This document shows, piece by piece, positions 1 to 13,300 of a DNA stretch of 64,000 bases. Each line of letters starts with the position of its first letter. The first letter of the stretch is position 1. A model generated the notes under the pieces. The model did not search any database. It was not told the origin of the DNA and saw only the letters and a program-made list of their open reading frames with translations. The position numbers and the translations under genes are program-made. Location of the stretch: positions 62,001 to 126,000 of the forward strand of contig JAAOMT010000483.1 of assembly GCA_016748015.1 (NCBI GenBank), written 5' to 3'. This DNA comes from Geosiphon pyriformis uo1 (taxonomy: Eukaryota > Fungi > Glomeromycota).

Positions 1-244
1 CAATAAGAAAATGATTGAGATGAAAGTTGTTATTTTATTTATTCTTGATTATTTGGAACATGCTTTTCTACAGCTAAAAGATTCATCACTTATATAGCTG
101 TCAAAAGTGGTCAATGATCAAGTCAATGGTCAGGTCATTGATCAGGTCAATAATCACTTACTAAAAATAGAGTGGCTAATTTATGTGACATCAGTGGCTA
201 ATACATGTAATAATTAATAAGAAGTATAAGTTTCAATCATAACA
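1..244. repeat. Partial LTR, family A (right part)
   Basis: Aligns by eye to 5354-5660 and the last ~300 bp of 6231-6947; ends ...tttcaatcataaCA; contains ~12-bp tandem units (gatcaggtcaat-like). Confidence 0.7.
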
Positions 245-2594
245 CTATAATACTCCTAATTTTTATGAATAACACCAGCTTATTATTTTTCAAGACTCTA
301 ATATTAAAACAATTATTATTAATTTGCTCTACAGCCAATTTAATAACAGTTTTAACAACTATTAATCATTCAACAATATCAAGTATTTGCAACTAATAAC
401 AATAAAATTAATACTAACAACTAATTAATTCTCCAAAACAATTCACAATAAAAACTTACATATTACCATATTTAATTTAGTTACCTAAAAATATTAGAAA
501 AATCAGATTTTTAATAATCTGCACTTTTTGAAGATAAAATTATAACATTAAGACAAAACTCTTTTAGCAATACAATTTTACTACCAAAGATTATCAAAAA
601 TACCAATTTTTTTAATATTTTTTCTATTAAATTTGAAACAAATAAATCACTATTCTTGTTTAGCAATACAGTAGTCACAGAATAAAAAGCAATTACAGCC
701 ATGTATACAAAAACTAAGATAAAAAAAACAAATTTATTTAATTTTAGATAATAAATTAGTAAAAAGCATTATTATTTATCAGTTAATATAACAACTTTAA
801 TGAAATATTGACAAACTAGCTAGTTATTGTTATAGCCAATAACATGAAAAAAAACATCAATGCAAAAATTTAACAATTTTTATTCACAATTGACAAAATT
901 ATTATTCCAGTTAAAGTATTAGTTATAGATATATCTTAATATTAAGTCTTGGTTAAAAATGATTGACTTCTTAAAACCAATGCAAACTTAGATTGAAAAA
1001 TCCAGAAATTAAAAATTTTATACCAAAAACAAAATACTAAATTACTTATTACTTATAATATATTTAACAAATAATTAAAAAAAGTCTCTGTGTTCGAATT
1101 TGAAGAAAAAAAAACCACCTACTAAAACTTACATAGTTTTTAAATTAACATTTAATTAAGCTGAAAAAACTAAACAATTATTTGAAATATTTGCATCACA
1201 ACTAATATTATTATGATTTAAAAAAATTAACAAATAATTTATTTTTACAACTAATTAATTAATAATTGATATGTTTTATATTTAAAACCAAAATTTAAAA
1301 AACAACTATTTTATATTCTATTTAAATATAAAGATTACAACAAAAAACTTTTATTTTTAAAAGCTTGCATATTTCTAAAAGAAAAATATGAAACTTATAT
1401 TTACTATTATTGCAAAGTCTGTTACCAAAAATAATTTGACAGTCCAAAACAAAATAAAAAATAAGACAACACACTTTGTTTTACATGTGGAGAATTACTG
1501 CCAAAAAAATACAACTGAATTAATGTTGTAATAAAAAAAAGTATATAATTAGATCTGTTAATATGTTTTATTAATTGTTAAAAAAATTAAGAAAAAAATA
1601 TTATTCAATATAGTATATAATAATGTTCTTAATAAACTAGATTATTATTTTTATAATACTAAAATAATTTATAATCTAATCATAATTTTAATTAATAAAA
1701 AAACCCAAAAAGATGTTTGCCAAATAAAAAAAGCTGAATATATTAAATATACTTTTAAAATTGCTAAATACAATTATAAAAATAAAATAAAAGTATATTA
1801 CTAAATTGTCAATTATATTTACTTTTCTAAAGAACTCAAATTTAGTAGTTAGAACAAATAAATATTTAATTATATAAAGAATACATCATGTTTTATGACA
1901 ACCAATAATATCCAGAATGTTATGCTTTTAACATATTATTATTTACAAAGAATAATAAATATTAAATCAAATTTAGAGAATTTAAATTAGAAAAAAAATT
2001 GTTTATAACACTAATTTATTTACTCAAAAATCAACCAATATTGTAATTAAAATATTTCAATAACAATAGTTAAAAATCAAACCAAAAAAAATCTATAAAA
2101 TTAATACAGAATATAATTTACAATATTCTGGTAATATTTTGGTTCTTTAACCAAAATTACTTATAAAAATCAATATAAAAATTGCTTTTGAAATTTTACT
2201 AAAAGCAATAATATAAATTGCTTCTCAATTATTATTAGTAAGAAAAAAAATCAACATTAAAGAAAAAATTATTAACACAGAATACACTAAAGACATTATA
2301 ATTATGTTAAAAATTAAGATTAATAAATCATTTAAAATTAAACATACTAAAAGATTGTTCAAGCTATTTACTTATTTTTAATTAACATTTTAAATTTTTA
2401 ATCAGCTAATCAAAAAAAACAATTAAGCAAAAGTGACAAAAAAATTTAAGATTTTGGTTTAATTAAACAATTTATAGTTTTAATAAATATAGCTTTTAAT
2501 AAAATAAATTTTACCAAAATTTTTAACTTTTTTAACCAATTATTATCCAACTATTTGGAAAATATTATAAAATTTACATCTGTTTAAAATCTAC
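245..2594 (+). mobile_element. Heavily decayed Ty3/Gypsy internal fragment (gag end, aspartic protease, Cys-rich linker, dUTPase)
   Basis: ~735-780 reads LILDNKLVKSIIIYQ (decayed LILDSG-type protease motif). ~2010-2594 is collinear with the dUTPase region at 63270-63860(-), ending in the EIYICPKPT equivalent. Confidence 0.7.
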
Positions 2595-3045
2595 TATTAT
2601 GAATTAGAATAACAAACTAATAAATAGCAAAAAAAAACAAAATTATAGTATAATAAAAATAATCAAAGAAAAATTATAATAAAAAAGTGAATTGAATATG
2701 TATAAATTTAATATACATGATTAGTTTCATAGAAATCATAATTGCTAATCTTTTCTAAAAATCTGAAGATAGAAAAATAGTTTGTAATTATTAACAAAAT
2801 AATACTGCTGTCATTATTTTATGTTTTATATTAGCAATTTTTAAAATTAATAACAAGTATTATTGTGTTTTTCAATTATTTTTTTATTTAATAAATTACA
2901 AAAGCAAGCAATTATTTTTTAGATTAATTTTAACAATAAAAATTAAGAAAAAAAAAAGATAAAATATGTAAATGCCAACAAATAATTTTTTATTTCAAAA
3001 TATTTAGATACTTAAAAATAGAAAAAAAAGAATAAACAATATAAG

Positions 3046-5341
3046 GAAATATTTGCAAAAAACTCTTTGTCTCTTTAATTTTATGACCATGACCAGAGCA
3101 AAGAGTAAAAAGGCTGTACCTAATATCTGTCCTAAGATATCTAATAAAATTTCAATCAGAGGAGCTCTTTTTGTTGTAGAAGCAACTAGGCAAAACGTTT
3201 TAGAAGCCTTCCTCTTACCCAGTAATCGTAAAAAGCTGCTTTTGGTAGCCACTGAATCAACTTCCTTATCTTTGGCTGGTTTTTCACCAGTCAAAGTTCC
3301 TTCAAAGAGACACACTTGGGTTAGTCCCAATGTTGCCTCTACCCTGACTAAGAGCCCAAAAGTTTTTAATAATAGACCAGTAAATAAGCTGGTCTTTCCC
3401 TCTATAGACTCAACACCTGGTGCTTCTGATACCACCTCTTCAAAAAAAATGGTCAAAAAGACCAAAAGTTCAGAAAAGTGGAGGCAGTCACTTGTCTCTG
3501 CTATTGTTACACTGAACTCCTTTGTGGTTCCCAATGAGATCTTAGATGAGATCTCAGTAGCATTATCTGGCACGTCATCCAAGATGGGCCAAGATTAACC
3601 ACTGGTTGTGTTGCCAAATGTGGTGTTTTTCGGCAGATCATTGCCGGTTTTAGAAGCAAAACAATCTCCTCCTGTTGGGTTATCTGTTCTTGGGAACTGG
3701 GCTGATCAAATGAAAACTGATTTATCTCCTCCTCTAGTTTCTGGTGCTACTTCTGGTAATGCTTGGAAAACTATTACTAGTTATCAAAGGTTTGCTGGAT
3801 AGGTGGCCTCCACTCTGGTGCCTGGTGCTACTTTTAAGATCAAATTGGCTCATGTTAAGACTGTTTTTCAGTCTGTGCATGGTTTCTTGGGTGCTAAATC
3901 TGTTTTAAAAGACAATGTGAAGCTTTTCTGTATGGAGTTTGCTTCTCAATAGTCTTTGGATGCTGCATTTCTGGTTGAGCTTACAAGCTCTGTTCATTTG
4001 GCCACTCTTAAAATTGCCAAGTCTTTGGTAGTTTCTGAATTTGGTTCCTCTTCTGCTGCTGTTGCACTGTGTGATGTACCTTTGGGTGTGTCAACTGCTG
4101 ACATTAAGTTGGCTTTCAGTGTGTTTGGTAGTGTCATTTATGTTGTGCTAAAGCCTGCTGGCATTTGGCAGTATGTGGTGGTTTATTTTGAAAAGTTGGA
4201 CTCTGTTGTGTCTGCCTTGAAGCATTGGTCAGTCTTGGTGGGCAAGGATAGTGTTAGAATCCTCCCTCTGGTAAATCAAAATGAGACTATTTTGTCTCGT
4301 GATAAGTTTAAGGCCAAATTGGTCAACCTTCCCCCTGGTTGTACTGTTTTTAAAATCAGTAATATGATTTCTCAGATTGGTGGTCAAACATGTTTCATCT
4401 TTTGTTCTCCTGATTCTGGTTGTCGTTCCCAGTTTGCTTTAGTTACATTTGACTCTCAAGGTGATTTGGATTCTGCTGTAGTCAAGACTGGTACTCTAAG
4501 TAAATGCCGTATCTGGTGGAAAACTCCTGGCTGCCAGCGCTGCTTTAGGTGTCAAAAAATGGGCCATCTGGCTGCGGATTGCAAGATTTCCCCATCTTCC
4601 ATTCTCAAGGTTCCCAAGATTTTCAAGTCTCGTTTTGTGGGTTCTGCTTCATATGCCAAGACTGCTGCTTTTTCTGGTCTTTTTGAGTTTCCTCCTTTAG
4701 TGGCTTCTTTAGCTGCTTCTGTTGCTGATCCTGCTGTTAGTTCCAGTTTGGATTCTTTGGAAAAGCAGATTTCGGATTTGGCTGCTCTGGTTAAGTCTAT
4801 TGTTGAGTCTGTTGGTTCTTTGATTGTTTTGGTGTCTCATTTTCTTGATGATAATGCCATTAAGGCTGTTCAGATCGAAAAAGATATTGTTTCCATGAAA
4901 AGTGCTACTAACAATTTTTCTAACCTCATGGTTGGAGTTTCCAAGGACATTGCTTGTCTTAGATCTGAGATTAACTTTGGTAATATGGATTATAATGGTG
5001 TTTTGGCTGCTAAGCCTTTTTTTTTGAGTGAGGACACTATTGAGCGTGTCATTGCTTTGTGGCGAATGTCTGGTGCTGAAACCAGGGGCAATATTGAGTC
5101 TACTAGATTGTTTTTTAGTGAGTTTATTTTTGATTCTAGGAATCTGAATGGTATCATTAAGAGAATTCGTGGATTGGGGTTATTCTCACCTACTTTTAAT
5201 TCAGCATAGTAAGTTTTTGATTGGACTGAGTGTCTGATCACATGTAGAAAATGCATGATTTACACCTATAATGTAATCCCTTTTGTGGTATCATAGTTTA
5301 GGTAGTATTTGGATTTTGCTCATTAAAATATAATAAAAAAA
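3046..5341 (+). mobile_element. Non-autonomous ORF1-only retroelement (HAL1-like), A-rich tail, 12-bp TSD
   Basis: TSD AAACAATATAAG at 3034-3045 and 5342-5353; A-tail; single ORF1-like frame; no endonuclease or RT; 3' UTR similar to that of the LINE ending at 15143. Confidence 0.85.
3083..5209 (+). pseudogene. LINE ORF1-like RNA-binding protein (~708 codons; RRM-like region, CCHC knuckle, coiled coil), three in-frame stops
   Basis: Track ORFs at 3053, 3608 and 3956 share one frame; stops at 3596, 3800 and 3950; knuckle CFRCQKMGHLAADC; WSVLVGKDSVRI matches LINE ORF1 WSILIEKDAIRV. Confidence 0.85.
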
Positions 5342-6230
5342 AAACAATATAAGAAAAAGTAATTAATAGTAAGTTTTATTTTATTACTTTGATTATATTT
5401 TTTTATAGCTAAAGAATTTATTGCTTATATAATTATTGAAAATAGTTAATAATCAAGTTAATAACTAGATTAACAATCAAATTAATAATTAGATTAATAA
5501 TTAGATTAATAATTAAGTCAATAATCAGATTAAAAGTCAAATCAATAATTAGATTAATAGTTAAATCAACAATTACTATCTAAAAATAAAGTGCTAATTA
5601 TATAATATTAATGACTAATATATGTAATAACTAAAAAAACTATAAGTTTCAACTATAATATTATCTTTTTCAAAAAAATTGAGCTCTTATAAAATTAAAC
5701 TATTTATGAAATAATCTATTTAAAAAGTTTTATTTAACTTAAAACTAACTAATTTAATAAAATTTTTTATAAATAAAATATATAATACTTAAAGTAAAAT
5801 AAGTTTTGTGTTCAAAAAATCAAGTTTTTATATAAGAGTTTTGGTTTTTTTAGTAATAATTAATACTCTTAAAACATCTAATTATATAATATTTAAAATT
5901 TTTATCTGTATTTTAGAAGTTGTTTTCTTTATAAACTTTATGTTTTCTATAATTTTATTAAAATGACCATAAAATTTTAGTTGTTTTTTATATAACAAGT
6001 TTTTGTTTATAAGCAAAATTTTTTTAATTGTTTTTCTAAGTATATTAAAAAGCGATAATATAGTTGTTATAATGTTTTTAAGCATATAATTATTCATTTT
6101 ATTACTAATTTTTTCTCTTTTGATAGTGGTTTTTTTTGGTTTAATAACAATATATGTATTATTATTATTAGTTGTAATAATTTGTTTTTCAATAATTAAA
6201 GTAGTGTTTGAATAATTTTTGGTTTAATAT

Positions 6231-6947
6231 TGTTATGGATTAAAGTAATAAGCTAATAGATAGCAAAAAAAAACAGAATTATAGAGTAATGAAATTAATC
6301 AAAGAGAATTTAATTTTGAGGAGCAAATTAAATAAGTATAAATTTAATATATAAAATCAGTTTTATAAAATATTATTATTCTTTTTAAAAGATAATTAAA
6401 GAATTTAAAGATAAAGAAATAGTTTATATTGTTAACAAATAATAACACTAGTATAATTCTATGCTTTATGTTAACACTTTTAGAATTTAATATTAGGTAT
6501 TAGATATACTTTTCAGTTATGTTTTATTTAATAATTTTTAATTGCTACAATTATACAAGTCAGAAAAAAGGTAGATAAATGCCAACAAGTAATTTTTATT
6601 CTAAGATATTTAGATACTTGAAAGAAAAAAAAGGAAAATTAGTGAAAAGAGAAGGATTGAGATAAAGTTATTATTTTATTTTTTTGCTTTCATTAATTTG
6701 TATATATTTTTCTATAGTTAAGAAATTTATTATTTATATAACTATTAAAAGTGGTCAATAATCAGGTTAATAACTAGATTAATAATTAGATTAATGATCA
6801 GATCAATAATTAGGTTAATAATTAAGTCAATAGTCAGGTTATTAATCAAATTAATAATCATTATCTAAAAATAAGGTGAGTAATTATATAACATTAATGA
6901 TTAACACATGTAATAATTAATAAAATATATGAGTTTCAACTATAACA
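6231..6947. repeat. Uninterrupted LTR, family A (probably solo)
   Basis: TGTTAT...ATAACA inverted termini; homologous to 1-244 and 2595-5660; possible 4-bp TSD atat/atac. Confidence 0.75.
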
Positions 6948-6989
6948 ATACTTATAAAGAGTATTGAAAGTGTTTTAAATGTTTTAATC

Positions 6990-8400
6990 CAAAAAATAAT
7001 TGTTTATGTTAATTAAAAATACTAAATTAATACTAACTTTGTTAAATAGTTGTTTAAATTTAATTGAATTTAAAAATTTAATAGAATAAGTTTTTTTTTT
7101 TTAATAATTATTATAAAATTTTACATATTGTTAAATGTTTTTTTATATGTAAGATCAAAAATAATATTCAAGTATTTTTTGAATTATATTATTTTTTCTT
7201 AAATATACTGATAAGAAATTTGTATGTATTTTGTATAAAATTGGTTTTTTTTATTTGTTTTATTAATCTAAATAAGTTGTTTAAATTTTGGCAATTTCAA
7301 TAGTAAATTTTGTTATAATATAAAAAATCTTGTTTTGTTTAGTGTTTTTTAGCTGAAAACCAATTTTCTAATATAGTAAGAGTTTTTAAATAGTTTTTAA
7401 TATTGTTGTAGTTTTCAGAATTTATTATTTGTTAATTGTTATTGTTAAATTAGTAAGTTGTTAATTCTAATCTTGTCTTATTCTTGAAAGACTACCAATA
7501 TTAATATGTAATTTTTCTAATTTATAATAAACAATGTATTTGTAATTGGCAAGAAAATCAGTTCATTATGTTTGTTTTGTACTTAATTCAAATTTTTTTT
7601 ATTGAGCCATTTGAAATTAATGTTATTAATAATAATATTAAATTTTTTTCTATATTGGAAATACTGTTAAAAGTATTTAAAAGTCTAAATAATAACTGTT
7701 GTTTTTAATTTGATGAAACTATATTTAAGTTTTGCTAATTTAAAGATTTTGCTGGTATAAATAATTATTTGTTCATTGTTATTGTTATTCAATTGTAATA
7801 GAATGGCACTAAATGCTATATAAAAAGCATTAATGGTTAATTAAAACTATTTGTTAAAATTTAAATAAACAAGAATTAGAATTGTTGTTAACTTTTTTTA
7901 AAAAGTATTGAAGACTTTTTGTTGTGCTAAAATCTATTAATATTTTATATTTTTGTTGATTAAATAATTAAAAGATTTGACAATTTCAAAATTTTTTTTA
8001 ATAAATTTCTAATAATAAAAGACTAATTTAGTAAATCTTTTTAATTCAGTAATATTTTAAGAAACTTTGAAATTTTTTACAGCACTAATTGTTTTTGGAT
8101 TGAATAAGACTCTATTTTTGTTAACAATATATTTAAAAAAAATTAAGTTTGTTTTTCTAAAATAATATTTCTTAATATTTATTTTTAATCCTGCTTTTAA
8201 TTATTGTTAAAAAATTTTTTACAAGTAAATTAAATAAGCTTTAAAAGTCAAGAAGTAAATATTAGTATTATTAAGATAAATAATTATTGATTGTCATAAA
8301 AATTTTTTATAAACAATATTTATAAGTCATTAAAATATTGCTAATGTATTACAAAATCCAAAAAACATTATATTAAATTTATAGTTTTTTTTTAAAGTAA
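6990..8400 (-). mobile_element. Decayed Gypsy pol fragment (RT C-terminus, RNase H, integrase N-terminus)
   Basis: Collinear nucleotide similarity to ~61050-62490, with abundant C>T and G>A changes. Confidence 0.75.
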
Positions 8401-8543
8401 ATAGTATACTTCTTTCTCTTATTCATCCCAAATTCCCAAAAAGAGTCAAAAAGTTTTTTTAAAAGAAGTTTTTTAATATTCAGTATGATAAAACCAAACC
8501 GTTTTTTGATTTTGAGGCCACTGTTGGCCCTAGTATTGTTGTC

Positions 8544-10331
8544 ATAAAGAAGGCTGCTGAAAAATCTGGTGCTGGTGGGGGTTTTAAGCCTGTTTTGCCA
8601 AGGAAGAAAAGGAAAAGTGTTGCTTTGGAGAAGGGTATTAGTGGAAGAAGAATGCCAACTGAAGTGCCAAGTGGTTGTTCATAGAGTTTTAAGACTGGTG
8701 ACACCACTAAGTTTGAAAGCATTGATATGGAGAAAAAATGTCTTGTAGAGGAAACTAGCTTTGACTTTGGTAAAGATGGGACTATGACTGATATGGATCA
8801 TAATGAGATGCCTAAGGGGCCAAGTATGATAACTAAGAAAGCATTAGGTAAACCATTGGGGAAAATAGATTTTTTGGGTTGTGGTAATAATGGTGATGCT
8901 CTTTCTGATATTCTCTTAGAACTTCCCCTACTCTTGAAGAATTTAGTTCTTGTTTCTGTTAAAAAATCTTTCACTTTGAATATAGGCTTGGATAAAGTGG
9001 TTGAAAAGTTATCTTAAGAAAAGCTGATGGTGGTTAGGAAATTGTTTTCAAGAGTCAATGGTTTTGGGGGGGTTTCTACCCCCTCAAAATTCTCTGGGAT
9101 CATCCGCACTTTTTTTACTTCTGAATCTAGTTTGGCACAGGCCACAGAAAAGGCAAAAGTGGTGAATATTTTGGTAAACACCGATCTCAAAAAATTAACT
9201 GGTCATTCAGATTAGGCTGTGGTGGTTAAAGAAATTCTAGTTGAAACATCAGCTGAGACTGTGCACACTGTGCTGTCTGTGTTTGGCATAATTAAGTTGA
9301 TTAAGATGCAATTGGTAGGGCTGTGGCAAAAAGCAATAGTTGAATTTGGTGAGATTGACCAGGCTGATTTGGCTGCAGTTTGCTGGTCTATTCTGATTGA
9401 AAAAGATGCTATTCGTGTGGCCAAAACTAATAATGACAAAGAATTATGGAATGCTAGGGATTATCACAGGGCTCTGCTTTACACTCTGTTAATAAAAACA
9501 ACTGCTTATAACATCTGGAATTTTGTTGACTCTGTGGGTGAGAAAACCTGTATGATCAATTGTCATTCTGTTACATATGTTCAGGCCAGATGTGCTGTTG
9601 TTTGCTTTGATTCAGCTGATTCCTTGGATGCTGTTATAGACACTACTCTAGTGTTAAAAAGCATGAACCTGTATTGGTTTTGTCTGAGTCTCTCTAAATG
9701 TGCTAAGTGTGGGAATTTGGGTCACACATCATTGGACTGCTCTGTGAGTGGAAATTTCTCCTCTAGTAGATTATCTTGCAGAATGCTTTCAGATGTAGAT
9801 AAAAACAGACTGGCTGCCATCTATGCCAAATGTTCAGCTCCAGTCACTCGACCAGTTGCTTTTGGTGGTACTTTGTGGGCTAGTGTTGTCAGTGGGTCTT
9901 CTTTCCCTTCTCTCTCTGGTCAGAGTATTTCTTCAAAAAATGGCTTCTCAGAAATAAAGCCTACCCCACTGTTGTTTTTGGAAATGAATAATAGGTTTGC
10001 CACTCTTGAGCGCAGTCTTGCCAGCCTCACAAAGTGTGTTGATAAGCTGGCTAAGAGGTTGGACATGTCTAGACCAATGGTTTTCCAGCTTAGCCCTGGA
10101 CGTCAGCCATTGGTGACCCCTTTATTACAGAATCAAGGAGTAAATATAGTGATGAGTAAGAGTTTGGGTGTGGTCACTAGTGATAAGACTGTAGTAGGAG
10201 CAGTGGTTTTTAATCCCTCAGTTGTTTTGAAGATGGAAGAAATGTTGAAGAATTTTTTAGTTACAGTTATGAACCTTTTGGCTAAAATGGACAATACTGG
10301 TCAGGTGCCTGTTATTTGTACTTCTCAATGA
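8544..10331 (+). pseudogene. LINE ORF1 (RRM-like region, CCHC knuckle, coiled coil) with stops
   Basis: ORFs at 8727, 9027 and 9219 share one frame; CAKCGNLGHTSLDC; start codon apparently decayed to ATA at 8544. Confidence 0.85.
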
Positions 10332-13300
10332 CAGACCTGGTTTGGAAATTGGTTATGTGTAATGTTTGAGGCATGAACAATCAAGCAAAGCAAGAAGACA
10401 TTATATGTTAGCATATAGACATAAACAATTTGGTCTCAATTTTTACGGAAACAAAGTTAAAAAAGAAGGTCCAACTGTGGATTGCCAATAAATTTGGTGG
10501 TGTCTGTGTGTTTACTTCTGGTTTGGATTTAGGTTACCTAAGTTCGGGTGTTGTAGTAGTCATGAACAATTCTCTAGCTAAGCATGTGTATAAGGTTTTG
10601 GAAGTTCCTGGTTGGCTTATCTCTATCAAGTTGCTTTTCAAAAACAAACTTTCAGTTTCGATTTTGGGGCTTTATGCTGGTGTCTCATCAGCTGCCCAGT
10701 TTTCTCAAGCTGATGCCATCAACTTCCTAATTGCAAGAGTGGTTAATGAATCTTCTTTTGTCATTCTCAGTGGTGACTTTAATAAAGACGGTTCTCACAA
10801 GTGTGCAAGTTTTAAGAAATGCTTTGATCTTGGTCTGGTTAACTCTCTAGTTGGGAGCCTGGCTGCGAGATTACCCACTTGGTCCAATTCTAGAGGTGTT
10901 ATGAGAACAATTGATTATGTGTTTGTTTCTCCAAATTTAGTTAACGCAATAGTGCATCACAATGTTTTAGATGCTGGTAAGCATTTTGACATGGATCACC
11001 AAGCTGTTTTTGTGTCGATGAGTTTGGGTGGACTTTTGAATACATAACTAACTTTTCTTTGCAAACAAGCAAACAAAAATTGGTGGAAGTTCAATTTCAA
11101 GAGTATGGATGCTGATAAATGAAATGATTTTAAAGACACATCATTAGCCAATACAATATTGTTCTCAAATAATTTTGTCTCTTCTATGAAGGCTTCAGAT
11201 CTGGATGCACTGTGGGATGTTATTCGCAGAGTAATGACTCTTTCAGCTGAAGAAACTTTCAAGAAAAAGTGGTTCAAGGGTTATGATGAGATTTTTACTA
11301 AGGAGTCTTCTAGATTTCACAAGCTTGAACTTTTGGTGTCTAAGATTGTGAAGGCTTCTTGGCTATCTTTGCATGATGAGTTCACTTTTCTCCTCAACAA
11401 ATGGAGTGGTCTTGATACTGTCAATGTATCTTTGGTGAATTCACTCTTTGTTTTGGGTTTCCATTTTAATGGAATTCAATCAGTATTGGCTAAAATTAGA
11501 AAGACTTACAGAGCCTTTAAACTGGTGAAATCTGGTTATGCTTTGGAATCTCAAATCAGATCAGCAATTGATAAGAGAATAAAAAGTTTTGAATTTGATA
11601 AGGGTCATACTATCAAGAGTGTGCTGGAGCGTTCTTTTCGCAAGGTGGTTTTGGATCATTTGGTTGTTAATAATGAGCTAGTTCTTGAGCCTGATTTGGT
11701 CAAGTTCAAGATAGACATGATTATGGAAGATTGGACTAGAAAGTGTATAGTGGTTGATGACATCTCTAGTGATTGGTCTTGTCAATACCTACTCTTGGAA
11801 TATGTTTTTAATGAGGCCTTTTCTGGTATGATGCATCCAATTAAGTTTAAAGAGTTATTGCGTGTGGTCTCAAATTTGCCTGATAACAAAGCTGCTAGTC
11901 TCTCGAGTATCTCCAATAAGCTATGGAGACATTGTGACAGATTAGTTTTGGATATGCTCTTGGTTCTTTTAAATCTTTGTTTATCTTGTGAATTAGTGCC
12001 TAGTCTGTGAAAAGAAGCTTGGGTTTCTATGATCCCCAAACCTTATGAATGGAAGGGAGTTTTTATGAATACCCATCCAATTGCTTTGATTGAAACAGCT
12101 TGTAAAATTCTTTCCAAGATTCTCTTGGATAGGATTTCACTGGCTTGTAGCTCTTATAATGTTCTATGTGAAGACAATTTCTCAGTTTTGAAAGATATGA
12201 CAATTCAATTCCCCATTTTTGCAGTTGAATCAGTGGTCGAAGATGCTCTAAAGAAGACTGGGAACTCTGGTTTGTTCTACAAGACATGCAGAAGGTGTAT
12301 GATTCAGTTGGCTGGAAGCATCTCAGAAAATGTTTGGTCAGAATTAAAATGTGTGACAAATTTATTCAGTTTTTTGATGGCATTTACAATAATTGTGTCA
12401 ACAGAGTCATGACTGATTTTGGGTTGACTGCTGGATACCAGGTGCATGATAGTTTGAACCAAGGGGAGGTTTTTTTACCTCTTCTTTGGCATATATTTTA
12501 TGATCCTTTATTGTGTGAGGTCAAGAGACAGGAGAGTGTGTGTGGGTATCAGTTGAATTTGCATTTTGTTGTCAGGACTGGTTGCTTGGAATCTCAAGCT
12601 GGTTTGATGTTATTTTTTGCTGCTGGGGCATTTGTAGATAATATGATTTGGGTTGGTAGCAGCCAAGCTGCTACTCAGTATATTCTTGACATTGTCAGTG
12701 AGTTTTTTCAGCTCAATAACATTGCAATCAACAATGACAAGACTATGGCTATTTCTGTAAATTGTAGAGTTGAGCATTCTTTTTTGCTGATCAGTGGTTG
12801 GCCTATTTTAATTGCTAAAAAAGAGGAGTCTTATCATTATCTGGGCATTTTCCTATCCACTGAAAGCTTATCAAAACCTAGCTTGGCTAAAGCTTATGTG
12901 GATATTTGGCTTTTTGCCAATCTTGTTTTAAGAAAGGCTATTTCTGATAAACAGTTTTTTTTATTTGGTGTCAGCAGTTCTTTTCCCAATTATCAGCTAC
13001 AGAACTTAATTTAGTTTTGTTCCTGTCAGTATATGTAATAAGTAAAACATGTTGTTACACAGAGGGTTGAAGTCCAAATCTGGTCTACCACGAGATTTTT
13101 CCAACAATGCAATTCATCATCTCTCATTGTATAGCTTGAAAACTTTTGAACAGGTTCAGGCTGAGAGCAAGTCAGCTTTTGTTGTTTGCTTCTTAAATGC
13201 TGTTGGTATTTTGGGTTGTCTCTTCATGCATTGGTCACATGACCTACAGATTTATAGTTGGAGTCCTCACCATCTTTTGGTTTTTCCTTTTTGTATTAAT

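Larger units (their letters stand above)
2595..5660. repeat. LTR family A, split by insertion of the ORF1-only element (3046-5341)
   Basis: 2595-3045 plus 5354-5660 together align with the uninterrupted LTR at 6231-6947; termini decayed from TG..CA to TA..TA. Confidence 0.7.

Noticed and set aside
3004-3582. 192-aa minus-strand ORF
   Set aside because: Antisense shadow of the ORF1-like gene; no independent motif.
3053-5209. Three separate genes, or programmed readthrough
   Set aside because: One frame; each stop is one transition away from a Gln or Trp codon, consistent with mutational decay.
1-5660. A complete LTR element bounded by LTRs 1-244 and 2595-5660
   Set aside because: The internal part starts mid-gag and stops mid-pol with no visible PBS or PPT; more likely independent or nested LTR insertions.
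5661-6230. Possible relic of another Gypsy extra ORF (5882-6097, minus strand)
   Set aside because: Too eroded to align convincingly by eye.
5445-6860. CRISPR-like array
   Set aside because: Head-to-tail 12-bp units with no spacers, inside LTRs, in a eukaryote.
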